Source: Sminthopsis crassicaudata
Lineage: Eukaryota
DNA length: 64,000 nucleotides
Direction: 5' to 3'
Assembly (NCBI RefSeq): GCF_048593235.1
Contig: NC_133617.1
Coordinates: 46,399,767-46,463,766, forward strand
The position numbers and the translations under genes were made by a program. Under the pieces are notes generated by a model that worked only from the letters and a program-made list of their open reading frames with translations, was not told the origin of the DNA and searched no databases. Shown piece after piece: positions 1-11,150 of this stretch (position 1 is its first letter; the number at the start of each line of letters is the position of its first letter).

Positions 1-439
1 TGGGGCCCCAGGCATATAATGGCTCTGCATGTCGCTTGTCCTCAAGATTGCTAGGCAGCTAAGAAATTTAATTTGTAGACAAGGTGCTGACCTTCATAAA
101 CATCTTCCTTGTCTGTTTTTTATTGTTGAATTTCTGTGCCTGGATCAGACCCTGGGTCTGGTTTTTAAAAATGGCCCAGGTCATCTGCAGTGCTCCCAAA
201 TGATAGTCTTGTTCAAGAGGCTCTGTGGTATTAGAAGAGGCTGGACCTAGAAAGCAGAGACTTGGCTTTGAGTGAGTGTGGGACCCTGAGCAAATTACTC
301 AAACTCATTGTGCCTCTGTTTCTTCACCTGTAAAACGAGGGAAGAAAATGATTCATTATCAAGCTCCGGCGCTGTTGTGCAGAAAGTCCTTTATAAATTA
401 CAAAGCGCCATAGAAATGTGAGTTCTTGCTGTTATTACA

Positions 440-1060
440 GGCAAGACGTAATTAAGCCTGTGCGTTAATAGAAAGATTATTCTGGCATCAGTGTGAAGGA
501 TGGGTCTGAGCAGGGAGAATGTGGAGTCAGGGAGACCAGGCGAGTCTATTGTAATAGTCCAGGGGAGAGGTAAGAAAGGAGGCCCTGAATTAGGGTGGGG
601 GCCGTGGGAATGGAGAGGAAGGATGGAAAAGATACTGCAGAGATAGAATCAGCAGGACTTGGCAAAAGCTTGATTGTGGGAAGTGAGAAGGAGGGCTCAA
701 GCCCTGAAGTTTCAGGTCTGGGTAGCCAAGAGGATGGTGCAATGAACAAAATAAAGAGGGAAGCGACCATGTTAATCAGGGAGGATGAATGTGGTTTTGA
801 ACCTGCTGCGTCTGTGATAGCGGGGACTCCCCCATGTCTGTCAGGCAGAACAGAGGGCAGAGAGGTAGGGTGAGTGGGACTGATTTGGCCAGCCTCTAGG
901 TAGGAGTGATAGTTAAAGCCATGAGAGTGGATGAAATCACTGAGGGAGAAAGTGTTGGGAGAGAAATAAAGAAGCCTGAGGGGAGCACCCTGCAGAAATG
1001 CTTAGGAATTGAGAGAATGAGGAAAGACTGGAGAGACAATCGAAGAAAGGGAGCCAGGGA
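440..1060 (-). mobile_element. Old L2 LINE fragments
   Basis: Purine-rich antisense L2-like text (agtccaggggagaggtaagaaaggaggccctgaattaggg; gagagtggatgaaatcactgagggaga). Boundaries approximate. Confidence 0.55.
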
Positions 1061-3939
1061 GAGGCCACAGGAAACCGAGGTCAGAGGGGAGTGGGATGAT
1101 CTAGCACGGTTTGCCTGGCTGGTTTAGCCTAGTTCCACCTGCTAGAACCCGGGTGTCCTTCCTCCTTGGCTGGCCAGACCTTGCCCCTCACAGTCCAGGG
1201 GCCCCACAAGAAGTCAGAGTGGGAAGGGCCATACCATCCCTGGGCAAGAATTCTCTTTACAGCATGCTCACAAATGGTCATCATACTTTGAAAATCTGGG
1301 AGGAACACTCTGTCTCTTACGGTCACCTTAGGGAGCTTTCCCTTCCCCCTAATGACTTCTACCTGGTGCTCTAGCTGTGCCCTCTACAACCAGTCTTATC
1401 TTCTTTCACATGACGGCCCTTCTGACACGGAATAGCAGGCCTCTCCCCTGAGTCTGCTCCAGGCTAAATCACTCCCCCCCAACCCAGTTCCGCCCCTCCA
1501 GAGGGCTCTTTGCTCTTTCTCTGGAATGTATCTTTAGGGACTTTAAAGTCCCAGGAAAGAAATCAAAGCATTTTTTAAAACATTTGTAGAATTTCTCTTC
1601 TACCAGGTGAAAGTTGGGACTTTGGAAGGAAAAGAAAGGCACAGGAATTGAAGCATTGGAGATTATCTACCTCTTCATATCAATATTGTCTAAATGTGAT
1701 GGCAAATAATGTGTGAATACATTCATACATGTACACACACACACATATATAAATGAATGAGTATATGTGTGTAGTGGCAAATTAGTTTTTCTGGATATGG
1801 CTTGGGGTACTTGAATGATGGGCTTTTCCGATCCAAGAATATATTTGGCTGGAGACTTGTCAATATTCAGGTTAAAGTGTAAGCTTGATTCCTGTGAAGA
1901 ATACTAGGTGGGGGCACAGGAAGAAAATTGGAGATGGACAAGGTGCCTCATGGGGAAATAATTCAAGAGAGTTGAGAGCAAGGCTTCAGAATCTTAAGGA
2001 TTCTAGTTATGAAGATTCCACGTATCAAAAGATTGATGATTTAATCAGCATGAATGCTACCATCATCCATCTCTCATAATCCGCTGTACCTTGGAAAACC
2101 ATTTCATGGGTTACCTTGGTCAAAAGATGCCATTATCTGTCTGATTATGTCTAGATAGAAATATGGAGATAGCTCTGTGTGTATGATCTATATGGCATAA
2201 ATGTGTATGTCTATATGCACATAGTCATGCAGAATATTTTCATATTAACCATGTTGCAAAAGGAAAAAAAAAAGGTTAAAAAAGTCTGCTTCGATCTGCA
2301 TTCACATACTCCATCAGATCTTTCTCTGGTGGCAGAAGGCATTTTTTAAAATCATAAATCCCTTGGAATTGTCTTGGTGAGAATAGCTAAGACTGAAGGC
2401 ATTTTTATCTTGGTAGGAACTATTAAAACTTGTGGAGCATGACCACAGCTTTCAGGAATCGGCATTCCTATTTCTTGACCAGGTACTGAAGGGAGAACTT
2501 TAATGGAAAAGAGATTAAGCACAAAATATAATACAATAAAATATATAATAAAATACAAATAATTTTATTAGTATCCCCAAATCTTGGTGGAATGGACTCA
2601 TTAGTTGAGTACAGTGGAAGGGGAAGAAACATTTAACTGAGGGTACTTTGGAATAGTACTGTATATCAAGATTGACACCCATGTGGAAATTTACAAACCT
2701 ACTGGGAGAAATGCAGTGGAGAGAATGCAGGTGAGGTTCAAGAAAACAGGTGATGTCACTTTTGGAGTACACACAGAAGAGGAGGGATGGGATGTTCTCC
2801 AAGAATGAAATTCTGTTGACACAGGATTGTGTCAACAATTCTATGAAGAAGAAAAGAGAATGATCTAAAGACATTAATGGGGCTCTTCTGGGAGCTCTTG
2901 TTAGCTTTAAACCAGTATGTACAAGGAATAGAAGTGAGCACAGGTAACTGAGGAGAATGCCAAAGTCTGGAGCATTTCTGTACAAATACTGTCATGAAGA
3001 TGGGTGGGAGCTGAGCACACCAAGAATTGTTGTGGGGGCAATAAGGAAATAAAAGTCACTTCTTGGAGTGATGATGTAATGTTAACAAGTGAGAGAGGAC
3101 AATTAACTATTTAGCTGAATAGAAGGGAAGTTATGATTTCTTTAGTATAGGGAACCTCCTCCAGCTTACCATCATCTAGAATTCAATAGATGAAGAAAGG
3201 AAATAAGCTTTTATTAGATACCTACTGGGTACCAGGCACTGTGCTAAATTCTTCATTCTTTAACTTCTCACAATACCCTTGGGAATTAGATACTATTATC
3301 ATTCCCATTTTACAGTTGAAGAAACTGAGACAAACATTTAAGCGACTTAAACATTTATGTGCTTACTTTGTGCATTATTATCCATATGACTGGACAAGTC
3401 ACCTCTGTGCCTCAATTTACTCATTTGTAAAATGAAGAGGTTGGACTAGAGAGTCTTTGAGGTCTAAATTCATAATGCTCTCATGCAAAAATGATGACAA
3501 ACAATCACTACTCTCACAAAGGTTACATTCTCCAGAAGTTTACAACCTGTAAATAGAAAAAATAAACGGACTATTTTGCATAAGGAGATAGTATCAACGA
3601 TTAGAAGCAGAAAAGACTCCATAGAAGCTGACATTTGAATTAAACGTGGAAGGAAGCTAAGGATTCTATTGTTCTTCCATCTTTTCTAACTAGGAGATTT
3701 ATCTCAGATTGAGAAGAATAAGACAAACACAGTAAACCAGGATTTAAAGTCCTAGATAAGGGAAATGGTTGTAAGAGAGCTCTTAGCGGCTTTAAAATCC
3801 AAAAATCTGCTGATGTGATTGCTGAGCTGTTGCCAGTAAAATTGGAATTGTGAATGGGAGAAGCACCAGAAGATGAGATGGGCCTCCATTTCACAGTCAT
3901 ATTGTTATTCAGAAGGAAGAAAGAAGATGGCTTCTGTCC

Positions 3940-4255
3940 ATTGTAGGCAGTGCAGTACACACGGTTTATAATCTTGTTAAGGCAAACAATGATCATTAGG
4001 AGCCAGCACAGATTCATTTGGACCCCATCATGCAACTGATCTAATTTCCTTTTTTGATAGATACTAGCTTGGGAGAGCTGGAGAATGAAGTAGTTTTTCA
4101 GGAGGCATTTGGCTGTTTCATAGTATCCTTGTGGGTCAATAGAAAGTATCGAAGTTGGATGTACATGGTTGCTGAGAGTATCAATGGGTTGAGCAGGTTT
4201 CAAGGAGTATTGCCTAGTGAATTAGTGTTAACCCTCATAGAAGGAGGTCTCTGAT
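3940..4255 (+). mobile_element. L3/CR1 reverse transcriptase relic
   Basis: Degenerate CR1 RT region (cagcacagattcatt...actgatctaatttcctttttt gatag...tttcaggaggcatttg...ggaggtctct); frameshifted. Confidence 0.65.
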
Positions 4256-5107
4256 AGTATGTTACAATTACTTCCCTGTGGCTCTGTTTTGTGCAATGTT
4301 GGATCATAGCTATAAAGCTAACAGGGGTCTTGGGAGTCATCTAATCGTTCCCTTTCAATTTATAAGTGAGGAAACTGAGGCTCTAGAAGCTTACCAATCT
4401 TGCTTAGGTTCATACAAATAGTATTTGGCAGAGGCAAGATTCAGACCCAGGGGCTTTGACTTCAAATCCAGCACTTTTCCCACTGTAACATTAGTGTATA
4501 TTAGGGACAGTCAGGCAGACTACCTATGGAGTAGTTTCCCTGGTAATTTAATGCTCAGGATTTGGTGCTTTCCCTGGACAGGATAAGCCCTCCCTTTAGA
4601 AACTATCAAAGCTCTTTCCATAGATATTCCCTTCATTCTAGGTTCGGGAAAAATGAAATAGGGAAAGGCATCCAGACAACAACAACAATAACAACAACAA
4701 AAAGGGGGAGGAAGGGACTTACATCAGTCATTCCTGGCCTACAATTCTATATTCAAAAGGGACATCTATATCTGCTTTATAAGGTTATTTGGACTCTAAC
4801 CAAGAGTCAAGTAGAAATGAACAAAATTGAATATCCCTAAACATTGTGATGAGTTTCTCTTTTAAACATCATAACAGTCTGAGGCTCACTATGGATCCAG
4901 GATCCAGATTTAGAGATTAGAAGGAAAAAAGATTAGAGGATGGGAGAAGGCTCATATTCAGCTTATGGGAAGGTGTAGATGGCCCTGAATGTCTCTCCCA
5001 TCATATGATTAGAGATTTTGAGCTGGAAAGCATCTTTAGAGGCAACCTTGTCCAGTTCCTCCATTTTACACACGAGTATCTGAAGCCCCCCCCCAAAAAA
5101 AAAAATA

Positions 5108-5353
5108 TGACTTGCCCAGAGTCACATAATCTGTAATAATAAAGGACAAAGTCAGAAATTAAAATCAGGAATTGTGATTCTGAAGCCAGTGCCCTTGTCC
5201 AGGATGCCTTCAGATTTTCAGATGATGGAAAGTTGTGATTTGCCCAGAGTCACATAATCTGTATTAATAAAAGACAAAGTTAGCAATTAAAGTCATGAAT
5301 TGTGATTTTGAATCCAGTGCTCTGTCTAGGATACCTTCAGATTTTCACATGTG
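5108..5353. repeat. Tandem duplication, period 128 bp (MIR-derived)
   Basis: tga(c/t)ttgcccagagtcacataatctgta...ccttcagattttca at 5108 and 5236. Confidence 0.85.
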
Positions 5354-5819
5354 CAAAGCTAGAAGGGACAGCTGTTACTTTAGATATCAGATTCAGGATC
5401 CAGAGATATTTTAATGCCTTCAATCCCCACTCTTGTTCTTAAAAGAGGGACTAGAAGATTGAAAAGTAGCCAATAGCCGCCCCCCCCCCCACATTGGCAC
5501 TCTTGAGATATCAGGAAGATTGAAGGGAGGCCCCTTATATGGTGGCAGATGCCCTGTGTCAGATTTAGGGGAGGTCACGTATGAGATTTCTGTAAGCTTA
5601 GAGGGAATAGATGAATTTCAATCTGCATCAAGTGAGAGGATACCCATACTGACGAGATCACAGATCCATGAGGAAAGCCCTTTGCAGACCTTAAAAGGCT
5701 TTATATAATGTGAGCTGTTATCATTATTGACAGGCTGGAATGATGAGACAGTTATAAAAGGATGAAATCACACAAGTTGGGAGGGGGAAGGAGATGGAGA
5801 GAAAAAATAGTTCATGCCA

Positions 5820-6200
5820 AAGGATAAGGGGCTATCGCTAGGCTACAAGCACAGTATGTGCTGATGATATGACATCAAGAAAAATAAATTCAATTAGGTT
5901 GGGAAGGCATTAGTTTTTGAAGTCACTGTGGGACAGATCACATAGGGAACACTCTAGTTTTTGTCACTACATTTCAGGAAGGATGTGACAGATTGAAAGA
6001 CAGGAGAGGGAAATTAAGGACTAATGGACAGGAATTCTATATGGGGCAGACATTAATATTAAAAAACTGTAAAACAACTGTCTAATAATGGACTAGGCTA
6101 TTCTTATAGGGAATAAGTTCCCTTTTATTGCCATTTTTCAAGCAGAGTTGGATATTGTGGAGGGGATTCCTGAATTAGATGAAAAGCTGACCTAGATGAC
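5820..6200 (+). mobile_element. L3/CR1 3' region relic
   Basis: cactacatttcaggaaggatgtgacagattgaaag and agcagagttggat...agatgact resemble the CR1/L3 3' end. Confidence 0.55.
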
Positions 6201-9200
6201 TATTAAGAGTCTCACCTCCAAAAATATGATTCTGGGATCAGAGTGGTGACCACTGGGGGATTCCCACATTTGAGTGAGGAAAGGAGAACCAGGACAGTGT
6301 AGTGTTTCTTTAAAAAAGGTGGGAGGGGGAAGAATAAGGGAATGATGGTAGAGTCAAGGAATATGAGGACAGAAAAAAGATTGAAAAATCTGGAGGGACC
6401 ATTTTGATGGAAACAGAACCCAGATTTCTAAGGATTTCAGAAGTACACACTTCTACTTTCTAACAATTTAGAAATTCAAGCCATTTGGGAGGCACTGAAT
6501 GACAATTATGTGCCAAGCACTGGGGATATAAAAACTCAGAAGATATTTCCTTGCCCTCAAGGAGATTATATTCTTCATGTAAACAGATAAGCATATACTT
6601 GGGGGGAGGGGTAGAGGAGTGAGATCATGAAAGATATCCCATAGTACATGGAATAAGCCGACATAGGATAATTCAGGTGGAAGTAGAATGATAGAGGGAA
6701 GATTTTTTTTTTTCTTTTAAGCTGGGGAGACCCAGCATGTTGGTAGGCTGAGGAGAAGCCAGAAGGCAGGGAGAGATTAAAGATGCTGGAAAAAATGTCC
6801 CTGGGGATGCTGGAGTAGTTGGGATCATAGGCACAAGTAGGAAGGTGGTAGTTAGTCCCAAACATTAGAAAGGATAGATATTTTTTTCCTTAGGGACAAG
6901 AAGGAAGTGGGGAGGGGTGGCAAAAACTTGGGAAGACTTCCATGTGTGGGAAAAGAAACTCAGGACAGATGACCAACCTTTGTATTGTAGGCAGTTAAGT
7001 TTCCTGATGGGGCAAGAGGGTAAGGTTGGAGATTTGAGGAAAGAGAGAATTTGATTAATTGAGAAGTAAAAGACTTGCTGAACAACAGCCGGCCAGCCCT
7101 TCTCCCCTGTCCTGAGCCATTGGGGCCCTCCTGTCTGTTCCATGTCTTTTGGATAGGTCAGGAAAGGCCATAGCCTCAGTGGGAGGGACAGAACCTATTA
7201 AAGAGCAGGAGAATTCTGGGAACATGCATCAGAGCAGTAATTTCTAAGGCCAGACTGGAATCCTGAGGACTAACTAATCCGCTTAACTGGGCTGTGGTCC
7301 AGAATGGTGGGAATGGCTTTGGGGGAAGGTAGAGGGCCCCCTCCAAATCCCCCTTGGGAATGATGTTGGGAGGGGGAAGTAGAGGCTTTCCCCTCCAAAT
7401 CCCTTTGGGAAATGGAGTGTGGGGGCAAAGGTAGGAACCCCCCCCCAACACTTTTAAAATCCTTGTTGGCAATAGTGCTGCTGGTGGGGAGATAGAGGCC
7501 TTTCTCTTAAGCTCTCCCTTTAAAGTGGTGTTGCGAGAAGCCTGTGCCCCCTACTACAAATTCACTGTTTTCCCATTATCTAAGAATCTGTATTATTACA
7601 AATTTGCATAATGCTTTTATTATTACAGAACATTTTCACAGATTATTTTATTTGATCCTGACAGCATTCCTCTGGGGTAGGCAGAAGTATTTATTATCCC
7701 CATTTCACAGAGGAAAAACTGAGGCGCAGGATAGACTTGCCCATAATTAGGATGGATAGTTGTTGGCAGAAGTAGAATCAAACTCAGATCTTCTGCCCCT
7801 AAGTGTAGTGATCTTTCCACCGCTCCCCACGACTGCAAAGCTCCCCTGAGACCCCAGAGGCCCTCCTAAATGCCCATAGCTGGGTCTCAGTCTTTAATAA
7901 CTGGGACTGGTTAATCAACACCCATTTAATTACACCTGGAAATTCTCCATCATCAATCCCAGGCTCTAGGGTGCCATGTACCTGGCTCTTATGTAGGGGA
8001 GAATGATGTACAAGAAGGGGAAGGGGCCTCAGGCACTCTGGTGAGGGAGAGAAGTTTGGAAATACTGACGATTTGGGGACCTGGATCCTGAGGGAGAAAA
8101 ACAATATCTACAAGTAGGAGGTCAATTAGGGCTTAGATCTCTGGGTCCCCCCTCCCCACACCCCAGAGGAGCTGGGGGAGCCGGGTTGTCTGGGGGAGCT
8201 GCCCAGGCCTGTGGGGCCTGCCCTGTCCCAGGGAACAAGCCCCCAGGGGAGGGTTGGGGCTTCAATTAACTGGGCATCATGGGTGGAACCCCAGCAGGAG
8301 GCACCCAGCTGCCCTGCCATGCAGCTAGTTCTGGGCTGGGTATACCAGTCAGGTTAGTGTGGGGGTTGGAAGGAGGGCTAAGTGCTTGGGTCCTGGATGA
8401 GGGAGTAGTGGCGGGGGTGGGGGGGGAAAACACTTTGGTCCTTTTCTCTTTCACATAAGAACACTCTCCTCTCCCACATGCAGTCCTGTTCCCCCAGCCT
8501 TGTTCACAAGATCCAACTGCCAATTTGTAGTCACTCATGTCAGCATTGAATAGGAAGAAGGGGAGACTTGGGGGACAAGGAGACATACGGATGCTCTAGC
8601 CCTCACCTAAGAGAGAAGATGCTATCTTGCTTTTGTTCATAAGAGTTCTAGACTTGGAAGGGACTTGGAGGCAATCTAGTCCAATCTCTTCATTGAGCAA
8701 ATGTGGCACTGAATTCCAGAGATTCAATGATTTATTCATGGTCACAAAGTTAACAAGGGAGCTGAAATATAAATCCAGGTCTTTTGGACTGAAAGTCCCA
8801 GAACTTCTACTATATCGTGCTGTCTCTAGGTATTTGAACCCCGACGTTCTGAACTTTACCAGCATTTTATCCACCATAACAGACTGACTCTAGGGATAAC
8901 TAGAGTGCCATTTCTAGGTTCCTGGGAGCCAAAAAGGCAGAGCCATTTGGGGCCGGGAACGGGGTCCTTGGACTCCCCTATGCCTAAAGCCCTTCTTGAA
9001 GGCAGGCTTTTCTGCTCCTCTCCCTAAACCTGTCTCCACTGGGCTCCCAACTAGTTTGCAATCTCCCTAGCTCATAAAGGATTGAGTCCAGTAGCTGTCT
9101 CTGCTCCCCTACCCTTGAGTCTGGAGCCTCTGAATCGAGGGGTCCCTGTATCCCTCCCCCCACCCGCGTTATACGCGTGGGGATATAGAGCTCTGCAGCT

Positions 9201-9699
9201 CTGTGAGATGCTGTCAGTAGACGGACTGGAGCTCTCGCACCAGTCTGTCCTTTGCTGCTGAAAAGGTCATGGAATCATTGTTGGTCATCACGTGAAAAAT
9301 GAGCACACAGGTGTGACTACTGGCAGCCACATGCTAAGTAAGTTCCTGGCTCCAGTATATTCACAGACAGGTAGATTTAACTCCAGGTAGCTCCCCACAG
9401 TACACTTCAACACGGATTTGCCTGGCAAACAGAGTCAGGACCAGAGAGTCCAGATTTCTTGCTTTATAGGTGAAGTAAGGGGCAGGGGAATGGACTTGCC
9501 CAAGGTCACGGGGCAAGTTAGAATCAAAGCTAGACTGGAAACCAGGTCTCTGGACTTCCGCCTCAGATCCCTGGGGATCACGCGTCCCACTGATACACAA
9601 ACACGTCTTCCAGAGCTACACCCCGGGTCCCCTCCCCTCCGTTTGGACACACCTCTCCTGTGCACACACAAACACATGTCTCCGGTGCACACCGAGCCA

Positions 9700-11150
9700 G
9701 TCATACACCCTTCTCAAACATAGAAACCCACGCCCGGGTCTCATGTGTCCACGCCCGCCTCCCGGCACAGACACATCCGCACGCTGGAACAACGCAAGCC
9801 CCAACAGTTCCCATCCCCACCTGCCCGCCTGCCGCGCACCCACCCACGGGCAGGCGGCCGGGCGCAGACCCAGCGGACAGACAGGCCTCCTTTGTGTGCG
9901 GAGTTCAGGTGCGCCCAGAAGCTGCACAATGGAGGCCTGTCTGTCAGTCTGTCTGGGGCTACACCGCCCGGGGGGGAGGGGGAGGAAGGCGGTGCCTCGG
10001 GGGTGTCCTGGAAGCACCACCCCTTATACACACCCCCTCTCTCCGCCACCGCTACACTGCACCCCAAGACGAGGGGAGACCCAGAGGATTCCCCTCTTAG
10101 ACACGCCCCCCTCAGACACCGACTGGGAACCCGGGGAGCCTCCGCGCCCCGCGTCGGGCCCCGAGTTCGGCACCTCAGTCCTGGCGGCCGAGGTCTCTCC
10201 CAGATCTGGAAAGGGGGCTCGGCCGCCTGGGTCCGGGAGAGGGCGCGGGCGGGGGGCGGGGCGTACCTGAGGTCCGGCCCCCGGGGCGGGGCGGCGGCGG
10301 CCGCGGCGGGGCGGAGAAGGGGAGGGTTGTGGGGGGACGCTGCTGCACCTGGAGCCCGGAGCCCGGCAGCTGCGGCGGCGGCGGCGGCAGCGGCGGCGGC
10401 AGCGGCGGCTACGGTGGCGGCGGCGGCCCGGCCCGGTGCTAGCCCGACAGAGGAGAGCTAGGGCCGGTCCGGCTGAGGCCGGCCACACCGGACAGCGCAT
10501 CCCCGGCGCCGTCATGGTGGAGGCGGCGCCCGCCGGCCCCGGGCCGCTGCGGAAAACCTTTCTGGTGCCCGAGATCAAGCCACTAGATCAGTACGACTTC
10601 CCGCGGGCCAAGACGGCCGCCAGCCTGGCCTGGGTGCTGCGGGCCGCCTTCGGGGGCGCAGGTAGCGCGGGCCGCCGGGGCCGGGGGGTTGCGGGGCCGG
10701 GGCCGGGGCGCGGCAGGTGCGGGGGGCGGGGCTCGGTTCCGGACCCCGCGGGGAAAGGCCGGGGCCCCCGGGGAACAATGGCCGGCCTGGGTAGGGGGCT
10801 GCGGGGCGGCCGCGGGCTCCCGGCCGCCGCCGCCGCCCGCTTTGTGCGCTCTGGCCGCCGCCTCTGCTGGGGGGGGGGGGGGAGGGGCAGGGGACTCCTG
10901 GGTTCCCGGGGGCTCGGGGCCTCCTCCGTTTCGTCGTCGTCCTCCTCTCCCTTCCCTGTCCCAGGCCGCGTCCCCTCCCCCGGCTCGCTCTCTATCTGCT
11001 TGGACTTTGCCTCCCCCGCCTGCTGCTAGAGCTGAGGCCAAGGAGGGGTTGGGATGGAAGGGGCCGGCCGGCCGCCCTCCTAGGATCCAGGTATTGGAGC
11101 CCCTGCCTCCTTCCCCAGGACCCAGTGCCTTAGAATCCCGGCCGCAGCAC
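9700..11150. promoter_or_regulatory. CpG-island promoter of CAMSAP3 with clustered GC boxes
   Basis: Very high GC and CpG density spanning exon 1; several GGGCGG motifs at about 10245-10315. Confidence 0.85.
10366..10427 (+). repeat. Interrupted (GCG/CGG)n trinucleotide repeat in the CAMSAP3 leader
   Basis: 15 GCN triplets, then ACG GTG, then 4 more GCN. Confidence 0.9.

Noticed and set aside
2814-2837. Perfect 10-bp inverted repeat TGTTGACACA-GGAT-TGTGTCAACA
   Set aside because: Roughly 0.4 such hairpins are expected by chance in 64 kb, and there is no supporting context.
3068-3118. C-box GTGATGA plus D-box CTGA (snoRNA-like)
   Set aside because: Only about 50 nt, intergenic, with no convincing terminal stem.
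3640-4203. 187-aa minus-strand ORF
   Set aside because: It lies antisense to an L3/CR1 relic, has no recognisable domain and starts at a non-ATG codon.
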